Below are positions 28,081 to 43,200 of a stretch of 64,000 bases of DNA, piece by piece. This DNA comes from Eledone cirrhosa (taxonomy: Eukaryota), in the NCBI GenBank assembly GCA_964016885.1, contig OZ024749.1:28954001-29018000 (forward strand), written 5' to 3'. Position 1 is the stretch's first letter. Each line of letters begins with the position of its first letter. The translations under genes were made by a program, and so were the position numbers. The notes beneath the pieces were generated by a model. It saw nothing but the letters and a program-made list of their open reading frames with translations, was not told the DNA's origin and did not search any database.

Positions 28081-28390
28081 ATACGATATTAATATATATA
28101 CGATATTAAGGTAGGAAGCCAGCTTCCTACCTTAATGGTCGCTTATATTTATGGTACGTCAAAATTATTTATAAAACAGTTTATATATTGTATTTTATCT
28201 GACGAAGGCATGCCATATTTTTAATATGGTATCCCTGAAATATGTATAATGAAATAAATATGGTTTTATAAATATAGTTTCTATTTGTTTAATATCGTAT
28301 ATCTACTCCCAAAACTTGTCGAGTGCTTTATATCAGTTATAAAAATATTTGCTTGTTGTAACCCAACAATTTTAAATAAAACTTTTGCAT
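28081..28390 (+). mobile_element. Family B element with short hairpin 5' end; hammerhead 28191-28256
   Basis: tattttat-CTGACGA-aggcatgccatat..atatggtatccct-GAAA-tatgta-TA-atgaaata; same tail as 12765-12850. Confidence 0.75.
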
Positions 28391-28628
28391 ATATATATAT
28401 AATGTATGTGTGTGGGGTGGGGTGGGGGTTGTGTGTGTGTGAATCCTAAGTTCAATCGGAGATAACCGTAGTAAGTAAGGTACTTAATACATGACGATTT
28501 CTTTCGGATGAAACATTTCTAGTCCTGTAGAAACCATATCTATAATAAATTATTACTTCTGGATTACATTAGAGTTCTAACAATATTATTGAGCTTACTA
28601 CAGACAGGTAGATACCTGTATATATGCA

Positions 28629-28727
<99 letters not shown>

Positions 28728-28865
28728 TGTGTGGAGGTGTTATATAAAGAATTTACAAATAGTCGGTTCTTGGTAGCATTGGTCTGAGGATCAGGCAGAT
28801 CTGGAATATTAACCCGGATCATGAGCCGACTGTTTGTGAAACAATTATATATATTTATATATATA

Positions 28866-29533
28866 TATATATTGGTAAACGGAATAGAAAATGATGACAA
28901 ATTGTTCACAGTTGAAAAATGGTTTAATTAGGAATAAAAGAGTATTAGTGATTGTATGGGTTAGTATTCAGTTGTGGTTTTAAGTTTTTAAGTTTTTACC
29001 GGTTGCGCATTTCTAAATGCTTTTCAAAAATTATTTTGAGATAGAGTGTCCGTGTTGTTTGCTCTGATCTGATTAGTTTTGGGAATTCTACCTGTTTTTA
29101 TGTTAAAAAAGTGGCTCCAGCGCTACTTTGGTGTTTCAAAAATTCTTGTGGTCAAAACAATTTTGATTGGTCGGTAGAGGTCATGTGAATGACTACCGAC
29201 CAATCAAAATTGTTTTGACCACAAGAATTTTTGCAACACCAAAGTAGCGCTGGAGCCACTTTTTTAACATAAAAACAGGTAGAATTCCCAAAACTAATCA
29301 GATCAGAGCAAACAACACGGACACTCTATCTCAAAATAATTTTTGAAAAGCATTTAGAAATGCGCAACCGGTAAAAACTTAAAAACTTAAAACCACAACT
29401 GAATACTAACCCATACAATCACTAATACTCTTTTATTACTAATTAAACCATTTTTCAACTGTGAACAATTTGTCAGCATTTTCTATTCCGTTTACCAATA
29501 TATAATAACTTGTGTGTTACACCTCTATTCTTT

Positions 29534-29538
<5 letters not shown>
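28866..29538. mobile_element. Long fold-back PLE-like element
   Basis: ~310-bp near-perfect arms centred ~29185 and a ~30-bp tail, with (TA)n flanks. Degenerate hammerhead ttgaaaa-gcattt..aaatgc-gcaa-ccgg-ta at 29343-29373. Confidence 0.65.
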
Positions 29539-29612
<74 letters not shown>

Positions 29613-29624
29613 ATATGTATATAT

Positions 29625-29860
29625 ATTATACAAACTAGCCAAATAACACGCAACAAATGTGTGACTTGTACATTGTAAGCTCTGTCTACAAGCTACACAG
29701 AATGATCAAAGACATCCACATGAATGCTTCTTCTGTTATGAAACACCTACAGAAATGTCACAGCCATGATATCAATGTCATATTAGAACATCGGAAACCT
29801 GCGTATCAAAGAGGCAATTCTCATTCACAGATTGAGATCTCAAGTTAAAGCAGACGCGAG
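29625..29860 (+). pseudogene. Decayed GIY-YIG endonuclease domain of a Penelope-like element
   Basis: Across frameshifts: QITRNKC..LYIVSSVYKLHRMIKDIH..SSVMKHLQKCH..NLRIKEAILIHRLRSQVK. This matches the PLE pattern Y.I.C..C..YIG.T.R.L..R..EH..S.V..H..LRI.EA..I....P.LN. Confidence 0.6.
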
Positions 29861-30120
29861 TGACATAAAGCCGATTGGCTATTGTAACTCTAACCAGTCT
29901 ATGCATGTCACTGCTTCTCTGAAGTAATATCTCCACTCGTTATCCCCATCTCGCTCCTTTTCGTAAACCCTTGAAATATGAAATATAAGGTAAAAGTTTT
30001 AACTGTTGTTTTGTATTTTCCTTACCTTATTTTTGTTTTCACTCATGTATTTCTAGTTTGCAAAACCTAAACGCACACACACGCACACATACACACACAC
30101 ACACACACACTGACACACTG

Positions 30121-30241
<121 letters not shown>

Positions 30242-30451
30242 GTTTATGTTGGCTGGTTTAATAGGTACATCTAGTCATTGAAGTATATATATGTGTGTGT
30301 GTGTTTGTTCATGTGTATATGGGTTGTGTGTGTGTGTAATATGTGTGTGTGTTTGTATGTGGTGTGTTTGTGTGTGTATGAGTGCGTGTGTTTGTGTATG
30401 AGAGAGCTAAATAAATATATAGATGGAGGGGCAGCTGGACAGATATTTAGA

Positions 30452-30505
30452 TGGATAGATAGATAGATAGATAGTTAGATAGATAGATAGATAGATAGAA
30501 AGATT

Positions 30506-30566
<61 letters not shown>

Positions 30567-31145
30567 TTAGATAGATAAGATAAAGGAAGAGAGAGAGAGA
30601 GACCTATCGACAGAAAGACAGACGGACATAGACAGAGAGACAAACTAAAAGACAGACACGCAGACTAACAGACAGAAGGAGATAGATAGAGAGACAGACA
30701 GAGAGATAGACAGGAGATAGATATATCTTTATAGCTATCTTCTTCTGTCTCTTTCTATATGTCGGTCTGTCTGTCTCTCTATCTATCTCCTGTCTATCTC
30801 TGTCTGTATGTCGTCCTGTCTGTCTGTCTTTATATCTATCTTCTTCTGTCTCTCTCTGTGTATATGTCGGTCTGTCTGTCTCTCTATCTATCTCCTGTCT
30901 ATCTCTGTCTGTATGTCGTCCTGTCTGTCTGTCTTTATATCTATCTTCTTCTGTCTCTCTCTGTCTATATGTCGGACTGTTTGTCTGACAGACAGGCCGA
31001 CAGACAGGCCGACAGACAGAAAGAGATAGACAGAAGAAGATAGATATAAAGGCAGACAGACAGACTGGCATACAGACAGAGAGAAACAGAAGAAGATAGA
31101 TATAAAGGCAGACAGACAGACTGGCATACAGACAGAGAGAGACAG
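30452..31145. repeat. (GATA)n and compound (GACA/TGTC)n microsatellite block with strand switches
   Basis: GATA run 30452-30580; 105-bp duplicated TCTG-rich unit ~30740-30970; orientation flips at ~30720 and ~30985. Confidence 0.85.
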
Positions 31146-31284
31146 AAGGATCATAAAGGTTAATGAATTTAGACAACTTAAGCAGAAAGAAAAAGAAGGA
31201 AAGAAAGCACCAATTAATCAAAGTTGGTATTTTAACTGACGGGCAAATGGAGTTGTGGGCAGGTGTAGCTGTCATCTGGTGGAG

Positions 31285-34200
31285 GATGTGTGGTGACTGT
31301 AACTGGAGTAAAGCAGAGATGTAGTGAATATAAGCGGGGTGAGCCATATATGTGTGGTGACTGTAAGCGGAGCTAGTCAGATATGTGTGGTGACTGTAAG
31401 TGGAGCTAGTCAGATATGTGTGGTGACTGTAAGTGGAGCTAACTATATATGTGTGGTGACTGTAAGCGGAGCTAACTATATATGTGTGGTGACTGTAAGT
31501 GGAGTTAACTATATATGTGTGGTGACTGTAAGTGGAGTTAACTATATATATGTGGTGACTGTAAGCGGAGCTAGTCAGATATGTGTGGTGACTGTAAGTG
31601 GAGCTATCTATATATGTGTGGTGACTGTAAGTGGAACTAACTATATATGTGTGGTGACTGTAAGTGGAGCTAACTATATATGTGTGGTGACTGTAAGTGG
31701 AGTTAACTATATATATGTGGTGACTGTAAGCGGAGCTAGTCAGATATGTGTGGTGACTGTAAGTGGAGTTAACTATATATATGTGGTGAGTGTAAGTGGA
31801 GCTAAATATATATGTGTGGTGACTGTAAGTGGAGTTAACTATATATGTGTGGTGACTGTAAGTGGGGTTAACTATATATGTGTGGTGACTGTAAGTGGAG
31901 TTAACTATATATATGTGGTGACTGTAAGTGGAGCTAACTACATATGTGTGGTGACTGTAAGTGGAGTTAACTATATATGTGTGGTGACTGTAAGTGGGGT
32001 TAACTATATATGTGTGGTGACTGTAAGTGGAGTTATCTATATATGTGTGGTGACTGTAAGTGAAGTTAACTATATATACGTGGTGACTGTAAGTGGGGTT
32101 AACTATATGTGTGGTGACTGTAAGTGGAGTTAACTATATATACGTGGTGACTGTAAGTGGAGTTAACTATATATGTGTGGTGACTGTAAGTGGGGTTAAC
32201 TATATATGTGTGGTGACTGTAAGTGGGGTTAACTATATATGTGTGGTGACTGTAAGTGGAGTTATCTATATATGTGTGGTGACTGTAAGTGGAGTTAACT
32301 ATATATGTGTGATGACTGTAAGTGGAGTTATCTATATATGTGTGGTGACTGTAAGTGAAGTTAACTATATATGTGTGGTGACTGTAAGTGGGGTTAACTA
32401 TATATGTGTGGTGACTGTAAGTGGAGTTAACTATATATATGTGTGGTGACTGTAAGTGGAGTTAACTATATATAACTGGTGACTCTACGTGGAGTTAACT
32501 ATATATGTGTGGTGACTGTAAGTGAGGCTAACTATATATGTGTGGTGACTGTAAGTGGAGTTAACTATATATGTGTGGTGACTGTAAGTGGAGTTAACTA
32601 TATATATGTGGTGACTGTAAGCGGAGCTAACTATATATGTGTGGTGACTGTAAGTGGAGTTAACTATATATATGTGGTGACTGTAAGCGGAGCTAACTAT
32701 ATATGTGTGGTGACTGTAAGTGGAGTTAACTATATATGTGTGGTGACTCTAAGTGGAGTTAACTATATATGTGTGGTGACTGTAAGTGGGTTAACTATAT
32801 ATGTGTGGTGACTGTAAGTGGAGCTATCTATATATGTGTGGTGACTGTAAGTGGAACTAACTATATATGTGTGGTGACTGTAAGTGGAGCTAACTATATA
32901 TGTGTGGTGACTGTAAGTGGAGTTAACTATATATATGTGGTGACTGTAAGCGGAGCTAGTCAGATATGTGTGGTGACTGTAAGTGGAGTTAACTATATAT
33001 ATGTGATGACTGTAAGTGGAGCTAACTATATATGTGTGGTGACTGTAAGTGGAGTTAACTATATATGTGTGGTGACTGTAAGTGGAGTTAACTATATATA
33101 TGTGGTGACTGTAAGTGGAGCTAACTATATATATGTGGTGACTGTAACTGGATTTAACTATATATATGTGGTGACTGTAAGTGCATTAAACTATATATGT
33201 GTGGTGACTCTAAGTGGAGTTAACTATATATATGTGGTTACTGTAAGTGGAGTTAACTATATATATGTGGTGACTGTAAGTGGAGTTAACTATATATATG
33301 TGGTGACTGTAAGTGGAGTTAACTATATATATGTGGTGACTGTAAGTGCATTAAACTATATATGTGTGGTGACTCTAAGTGGAGTTAACTATATATATGT
33401 GGTTACTGTAAGTGGAGTTAACTATATATGTGTGGTGACTCTAAGTGGAGTTAACTATATATATGTGGTAACTCTAAGTGGAGTTAACTATATATATGTG
33501 GTGACTGTAAGTGGAGTTAACTATATATATGTGGTGACTGTAAGTGGAGTTAACTATATATATGTGGTGACTGTAAGTGCATTAAACTATATATGTGTGG
33601 TGACTCTAAGTGGAGTTAACTATATATATGTGGTTACTGTAAGTGGAGTTAACTATATATATGTGGTGACTCTAAGTGGAGTTAACTATATATATGTGGT
33701 GACTGTAAGTGGAGTTAACTATATATATGTGGTGACTGTAAGTGGAGTTAACTATATATATGTGGTGACTCTAAGTGGTGTTAACTATATATATGTGGTG
33801 ACTGTAAGTGGAGTTAACTATATATATGTGGTGACTCTAAGTGGAGTTAACTATATATATGTGGTGACTGTAAGTGGAGTTAACTATATATGTGTGGTGA
33901 CTGTAAGTGGAGTTAACTATATATATATATGGTGACTGTAAGTGGAGTTAACTATATATATGTGGTGACTGTAAGTGGAGTAAACTATATATGTGTGGTG
34001 ACTGTAAGTGGAGCTACCTATATTTTTGTGGTGACTGTAAGTGGAGTTAACTATATATATGTGGTGACTGTAAGTGGAGCTACCTATATTTTTGTGGTGA
34101 CTGTAAGTGGAGTTAACTATATATGTGTGGTGACTGTAAGTTTAGCTAACTATATATGTATGGTGACTGTAAGTGGGGTTAACGATATATGTGTGGTGAC

Positions 34201-37200
34201 TCTAAGTGGAGTTAACTATATATATGTGGTGACTGTAAGTGGAGCTACCTATATATATGTTGTGACTGTAAGTGGAGTTAACTATATATGTGTGGTGACT
34301 GTAAGTTTAGCTAACTATATATGTATGGTGACTGTAAGTGGGGTTAACGATATATGTGTGGTGACTCTAAGTGGAGTTAACTATATATATGTGGTGACTG
34401 TAAGTGGAGTTAACTATATATATATATGGTGACTGTAAGTGGAGTTAACTATATATGTGTGGTGACTGTAAGTGGAGCTAACTATATATGTGTGGTGACT
34501 GTAAGTGGAGTTAACTATATATGTGTGGTGACTGTAAGTGGGTTTAACTATATATGTGTGGTGACTGTAAGTGTAACTATATATATGTGGTGACTGTAAG
34601 TGGAGTTAACTATATATATGTGGTGACTGTAAGTGGAGTTAACTATATATATGTGGTTACTGTAAGTGGAGTTAACTATATATGTGTGGTGACTGTAAGT
34701 GTAACTATATATGTGTGGTGACTGTAAGTGGAGTTAACTATATATATATATGGTGACTGTAAGTGGAGTTAACTATATATGTGTGGTGACTGTAAGTGGA
34801 GTTAACTATATATGTGTGGTGACTGTAAGTGGAGTTAACTATATATGTGTGGTGACTGTAAGTGGGGTTAACTATATATATATGGTGACTGTAAGTGGAG
34901 TTAACTATATATATGTGGTGACTGTAACTGGATTTAACTATATATATGTGGTGACTGTAAGTGCATTAAACTATATATGTGTGGTGACTCTAAGTGGAGT
35001 TAACTATATATATGTGGTGACTGTAAGTGGAGTTAACTATATATGTGTGGTGACTGTAAGTGGAGTTAACTATATATATATATGGTGACTGTTAGTGGAG
35101 TTAACTATATATATGTGGTGACTGTAAGTGGAGTAAACTATATATGTGTGGTGACTCTAATTGGAGTTAACTATATATATGTGGTGACTGTAAGTGGAGC
35201 TACCTATATTTTTGTGGTGACTGTAAGTGGAGTTAACTATATATGTGTGGTGACTGTAAGTTTAGCTAACTATATATGTATGGTGACTGTAAGTGGGGTT
35301 AACGATATATGTGTGGTGACTCTAAGTGGAGTTAACTATATATATGTGGTGACTGTAAGTGGAGCTACCTATATATATGTGGTGACTGTAAGTGGAGTTA
35401 ACTATATATGTGTGGTGACTGTAAGTTTAGCTAACTATATATGTATGGTGACTGTAAGTGGGGTTAACGATATATGTGTGGTGACTCTAAGTGGAGTTAA
35501 CTATATATATGTGGTGACTGTAAGTGGAGCTACCTATATATATGTGGTGACTGTAAGTGGAGTTAACTATATATGTGTGGTGACTGTAAGTTTAGCTAAC
35601 TATATATGTATGGTGACTGTAAGTGGGGTTAACGATATATGTGTGGTGACTCTAAGTGGAGTTAACTATATATATGTGGTGACTGTAAGTGGAGTTAACT
35701 ATATATGTGTGGTGACTGTAAGTGGAGTTAACTATATATATATATGGTGACTGTAAGTGGAGTTAACTATATATATGTGGTGACTGTAAGTGGAGCTACC
35801 TATATATATGTGGTGACTGTAAGTGGAGTTAACTATATATGTGTGGTGACTGTAAGTTTAGCTAACTATATATGTATGGTGACTGTAAGTGGGGTTAACG
35901 ATATATGTGTGGTGACTCTAAGTGGAGTTAACTATATATATGTGGTGACTGTAAGTGGAGCTACCTATATATATGTGGTGACTGTAAGTGGAGTTAACTA
36001 TATATGTGTGGTGACTGTAAGTTTATCTAACTATATATGTATGGTGACTGTAAGTGGGGTTAACGATATATGTGTGGTGACTGTAAGTGGGTTAACTATA
36101 TATGTGTGGTGACTGTAAGTGGAGTTAACGATATATGTGTGGTGACTGTAAGTGGAGTTAACTATATATATATATGGTGACTGTAAGTGGAGTTAACTAT
36201 ATATGTGTGGTGATTATAAGTGGAGTTAACTATGTATAACTGGTGACTCTAAGTGGAGTAAACTATATATGTGTGGTGCCTCTAAGTGGAGTTAACTATA
36301 TATATATGTGTGGTGACTCTAAGTGGAGTTAACTATATATATGTGGTGACTGTAAGTGGAGTTAACTATATATATGTGGTTACTGTAAGGGGAGCTAACT
36401 ATATATGTGTGGTGACTGTAAGTGGAGTTAACTATATATGTGTGGTGACTGTAATTTTAGCTAACTATATATGTATGGTGACTGTAAGTGGGTTTAACGA
36501 TATATGTGTGGTGACTGTAAGTGGAGTTAACTATATATATGTGGTGACTGTAAGTGGGTTAACTATATATGTGTGGTGACTGTAAGTGGAGTTAACTATA
36601 TATGTGTGGTGACTGTAAGTGGAGTTAACTATATATATATATGGTGACTGTAAGTGGAGTTAACTATATATGTGTGGTGACTGTAAGTGGAGTTAACTAT
36701 ATATATGTGGTGACTGTAAGTGGAGCTAACTATATATGTGTGGTGACTCTAAGTGGAGTTAACTATATATATGTGGTTACTGTAAGTGGAGCTACCTATA
36801 TATATATATGGTGACTGTAAGTGGAGTTAACTATATATATATGTGGTGACTGTAAGTGCATTAAACTATATATGTGTGGTGACTCTAAGTGGAGTTAACT
36901 ATATATATGTGGTGACTGTAAGTGGAGTAAACTATATATGTGTGGTGACTCTAAGTGGAGTTAACTATATATATGTGGTGACTGTAAGTGGAGTTAACTA
37001 TATATGTGTGGTGACTGTAAGTTTAGCTAACTATATATGTGTGGTGACTGTAAGTGGAGTTAACTATATATATGTGGTGACTGTAAGTGGAGTTAACTAT
37101 ATATATGTGGTTACTGTAAGTGGAGTTAACTATATATATGTGGTTACTGTAAGTGGAGTTAACTATATATATGTGGTGACTGTAAGTGCATTAAACTATA

Positions 37201-40200
37201 TATGTGTGGTGACTCTAAGTGGAGTTAACTATATATGTGTGGTGACTCTAAGTGGAGTTAACTATATATATGTGGTGACTGTAAGTGGAGTTAACTATAT
37301 ATGTGTGGTGACTCTAAGTGGAGTTAACTATATATATGTGGTGACTGTAAGTGGAGTTAACTATATATGTGTGGTGACTGTAAGTTTAGCTAACTATATA
37401 TGTGTGGTGACTGTAAGTGGAGTTAACTATATATATGTGGTGACTGTAAGTGGAGTTAACTATATATATGTGGTGACTGTAAGTGCATTAAACTATATAT
37501 GTGTGGTGACTCTAAGTGGAGTTAACTATATATGTGTGGTGACTCTAAGTGGAGTTAACTATATATATGTGGTGACTGTAAGTGGAGTAAACTATATATG
37601 TGTGGTGACTCTAAGTGGAGTTAACTATATATATGTGGTGACTGTAAGTGGAGTTAACTATATATGTGTGGTGACTGTAAGTTTAGCTAACTATATATGT
37701 GTGGTGACTGTAAGTGGAGTTAACTATATATATGTGGTGACTGTAAGTGGAGTTAACTATATATATGTGGTGACTGTAAGTGCATTAAACTATATATGTG
37801 TGGTGACTCTAAGTGGAGTTAACTATATATGTGTGGTGACTCTAAGTGGAGTTAACTATATATATGTGGTTACTGTAAGTGGAGTTAACTATATATATGT
37901 GGTTACTGTAAGTGGAGTTAACTATATATATGTGGTTACTGTAAGTGGAGTTAACTATATATATGTGGTGACTGTAAGTGCATTAAACTATATATGTGTG
38001 GTGACTCTAAGTGGAGTTAACTATATATATGTGGTGACTGTAAGTGGAGTTAACTATATATGTGTGGTGACTGTAAGTGGAGTTAACTATATATATATAT
38101 GGTGACTGTAAGTGGAGTTAACTATATATATGTGGTGACTGTAAGTGGAGTAAACTATATATGTGTGGTGACTCTAATTGGAGTTAACTATATATATGTG
38201 GTGACTGTAAGTGGAGCTACCTATATTTTTGTGGTGACTGTAAGTGGAGTTAACTATATATGTGTGGTGACTGTAAGTTTAGCTAACTATATATGTATGG
38301 TGACTGTAAGTGGGGTTAACGATATATGTGTGGTGACTGTAAGTGGAGTTAACTATATATGTGTGGTGACTGTAAGTGGGTTAACTATATATGTGTGGTG
38401 ACTGTAAGTGGAGTTAACTATATATGTGTGGTGACTGTAAGTGGGTTAAATATATAGGTGTGGTGACTGTAAGTGGAGTTAACTATATATGTGTGGTGAC
38501 TGTAAGTGGAGTTAACTATATATATATATGGTGACTGTAAGTGGAGTTAACTATATATGTGTGGTGACTGTAAGTGGAGTTAACTATATATATGTGGTGA
38601 CTGTAAGTGGAGCTAACTATATATGTGTGGTGACTGTAAGTGGAGTTAACTATATATGTGTGGTGACTGTAAGTGCAGTAAACTATATATGTATGGTGAC
38701 TGTAAGTGGAGTTAACTATATATGTGTGATGACTGTAAGTGGGTTTAACTATATATGTGTGGTGACTGTAAGTGTAACTATATATATGTGGTGACTGTAA
38801 GTGGAGTTAACTATATATGTGTGGTGATTGTAAGTGGAGTTAACTATATATATGTGGTGACTGTAAGTGTAACTATATATGTGTGGTGACTGTAAGTGCA
38901 GTTAACTATATATATATGGTGACTGTAAGTGGAGTTAACTATATATGTGTGGTGACTGTAAGTGGAGTTAACTATATATGTGTGGTGACTGTAAGTGGAG
39001 TTAACTATACATGTGTGGTGACTGTAAGTGGGGTTAACTATATATATATGGTGACTGTAAGTGGAGTTAACTATATATGTGGTGACTGTAACTGGATTTA
39101 ACTATATATATGTGGTGACTGTAAGTGCATTAAACTATATATGTGTGGTGACTCTAAGTGGAGTTAACTATATATATGTGGTGACTGTAAGTGGAGTTAA
39201 CTATATATATGTGGTGACTGTAAGTGGAGTTAACTATATATATGTGGTGACTGTAAGTGCATTAAACTATATATGTGTGGTGACTCTAAGTGGAGTTAAC
39301 TATATATATGTGGTTACTGTAAGTGGAGTTAACTATATATGTGTGGTGACTCTAAGTGGAGTTAACTATATATATGTGGTAACTCTAAGTGGAGTTAACT
39401 ATATATATGTGGTGACTGTAAGTGGAGTTAACTATATATATGTGGTGACTGTAAGTGGAGTTAACTATATATATGTGGTGACTGTAAGTGCATTAAACTA
39501 TATATGTGTGGTGACTCTAAGTGGAGTTAACTATATATATGTGGTTACTGTAAGTGGAGTTAACTATATATATGTGGTGACTCTAAGTGGAGTTAACTAT
39601 ATATATGTGGTGACTGTAAGTGGAGTTAACTATATATATGTGGTGACTGTAAGTGGAGTTAACTATATATATGTGGTGACTCTAAGTGGTGTTAACTATA
39701 TATATGTGGTGACTGTAAGTGGAGTTAACTATATATATGTGGTGACTCTAAGTGGAGTTAACTATATATATGTGGTGACTGTAAGTGGAGTTAACTATAT
39801 ATGTGTGGTGACTGTAAGTGGAGTTAACTATATATATATATGGTGACTGTAAGTGGAGTTAACTATATATATGTGGTGACTGTAAGTGGAGTAAACTATA
39901 TATGTGTGGTGACTCTAATTGGAGTTAACTATATATATGTGGTGACTGTAAGTGGAGCTACCTATATTTTTGTGGTGACTGTAAGTGGAGTTAACTATAT
40001 ATGTGTGGTGACTGTAAGTTTAGCTAACTATATATGTATGGTGACTGTAAGTGGGGTTAACGATATATGTGTGGTGACTCTAAGTGGAGTTAACTATATA
40101 TATGTGGTGACTGTAAGTGGAGCTACCTATATATATGTTGTGACTGTAAGTGGAGTTAACTATATATGTGTGGTGACTGTAAGTTTAGCTAACTATATAT

Positions 40201-43200
40201 GTATGGTGACTGTAAGTGGGGTTAACGATATATGTGTGGTGACTCTAAGTGGAGTTAACTATATATATGTGGTGACTGTAAGTGGAGTTAACTATATATA
40301 TATATGGTGACTGTAAGTGGAGTTAACTATATATGTGTGGTGACTGTAAGTGGAGCTAACTATATATGTGTGGTGACTGTAAGTGGAGTTAACTATATAT
40401 GTGTGGTGACTGTAAGTGGGTTTAACTATATATGTGTGGTGACTGTAAGTGTAACTATATATATGTGGTGACTGTAAGTGGAGTTAACTATATATATGTG
40501 GTGACTGTAAGTGGAGTTAACTATATATATGTGGTTACTGTAAGTGGAGTTAACTATATATGTGTGGTGACTGTAAGTGTAACTATATATGTGTGGTGAC
40601 TGTAAGTGCAGTTAACTATATATATATGGTGACTGTAAGTGGAGTTAACTATATATGTGTGGTGACTGTAAGTGGAGTTAACTATATATGTGTGGTGACT
40701 GTAAGTGGAGTTAACTATATATGTGTGGTGACTGTAAGTGGGGTTAACTATATATATATGGTGACTGTAAGTGGAGTTAACTATATATATGTGGTGACTG
40801 TAACTGGATTTAACTATATATATGTGGTGACTGTAAGTGCATTAAACTATATATGTGTGGTGACTCTAAGTGGAGTTAACTATATATATGTGGTGACTGT
40901 AAGTGGAGTTAACTATATATGTGTGGTGACTGTAAGTGGAGTTAACTATATATATATATGGTGACTGTTAGTGGAGTTAACTATATATATGTGGTGACTG
41001 TAAGTGGAGTAAACTATATATGTGTGGTGACTCTAATTGGAGTTAACTATATATATGTGGTGACTGTAAGTGGAGCTACCTATATTTTTGTGGTGACTGT
41101 AAGTGGAGTTAACTATATATGTGTGGTGACTGTAAGTTTAGCTAACTATATATGTATGGTGACTGTAAGTGGGGTTAACGATATATGTGTGGTGACTCTA
41201 AGTGGAGTTAACTATATATATGTGGTGACTGTAAGTGGAGCTACCTATATATATGTGGTGACTGTAAGTGGAGTTAACTATATATGTGTGGTGACTGTAA
41301 GTTTAGCTAACTATATATGTATGGTGACTGTAAGTGGGGTTAACGATATATGTGTGGTGACTCTAAGTGGAGTTAACTATATATATGTGGTGACTGTAAG
41401 TGGAGTTAACTATATATGTGTGGTGACTGTAAGTGGAGTTAACTATATATATATATGGTGACTGTAAGTGGAGTTAACTATATATATGTGGTGACTGTAA
41501 GTGGAGCTACCTATATATATGTGGTGACTGTAAGTGGAGTTAACTATATATGTGTGGTGACTGTAAGTTTAGCTAACTATATATGTATGGTGACTGTAAG
41601 TGGGGTTAACGATATATGTGTGGTGACTCTAAGTGGAGTTAACTATATATATGTGGTGACTGTAAGTGGAGCTACCTATATATATGTGGTGACTGTAAGT
41701 GGAGTTAACTATATATGTGTGGTGACTGTAAGTTTATCTAACTATATATGTATGGTGACTGTAAGTGGGGTTAACGATATATGTGTGGTGACTGTAAGTG
41801 GGTTAACTATATATGTGTGGTGACTGTAAGTGGAGTTAACGATATATGTGTGGTGACTGTAAGTGGAGTTAACTATATATATATATGGTGACTGTAAGTG
41901 GAGTTAACTATATATGTGTGGTGATTATAAGTGGAGTTAACTATGTATAACTGGTGACTCTAAGTGGAGTAAACTATATATGTGTGGTGCCTCTAAGTGG
42001 AGTTAACTATATATATATGTGTGGTGACTCTAAGTGGAGTTAACTATATATATGTGGTGACTGTAAGTGGAGTTAACTATATATATGTGGTTACTGTAAG
42101 TGGAGCTAACTATATATGTGTGGTGACTGTAAGTGGAGTTAACTATATATGTGTGGTGACTGTAATTTTAGCTAACTATATATGTATGGTGACTGTAAGT
42201 GGGTTTAACGATATATGTGTGGTGACTGTAAGTGGAGTTAACTATATATATGTGGTGACTGTAAGTGGGTTAACTATATATGTGTGGTGACTGTAAGTGG
42301 AGTTAACTATATATGTGTGGTGACTGTAAGTGGAGTTAACTATATATATATATGGTGACTGTAAGTGGAGTTAACTATATATGTGTGGTGACTGTAAGTG
42401 GAGTTAACTATATATATGTGGTGACTGTAAGTGGAGCTAACTATATATGTGTGGTGACTCTAAGTGGAGTTAACTATATATATGTGGTTACTGTAAGTGG
42501 AGCTACCTATATATATATATGGTGACTGTAAGTGGAGTTAACTATATATATATGTGGTGACTGTAAGTGCATTAAACTATATATGTGTGGTGACTCTAAG
42601 TGGAGTTAACTATATATATGTGGTGACTGTAAGTGGAGTAAACTATATATGTGTGGTGACTCTAAGTGGAGTTAACTATATATATGTGGTGACTGTAAGT
42701 GGAGTTAACTATATATGTGTGGTGACTGTAAGTTTAGCTAACTATATATGTATGGTGACTGTAAGTGGGGTAAACGATATATGTGTGGTGACTGTAAGTG
42801 GAGTTAACTATATATGTGTGGTGACTGTAAGTGGGTTAACTATATATATGTGGTGACTGTAAGTGGAGTTAACTATATATGTGTGGTGACTGTAAGTGGG
42901 TTAAATATATAGGTGTGGTGACTGTAAGTGGAGTTAACTATATATGTGTGGTGACTGTAAGTGGAGTTAACTATATATATATATGGTGACTGTAAGTGGA
43001 GTTAACTATATATGTGTGGTGACTGTAAGTGGAGTTAACTATATATATGTGGTGACTGTAAGTGGAGCTAACTATATATGTGTGGTGACTGTAAGTGGAG
43101 TTAACTATATATGTGTGGTGACTGTAAGTGCAGTAAACTATATATGTATGGTGACTGTAAGTGGAGTTAACTATATATGTGTGATGACTGTAAGTGGGTT

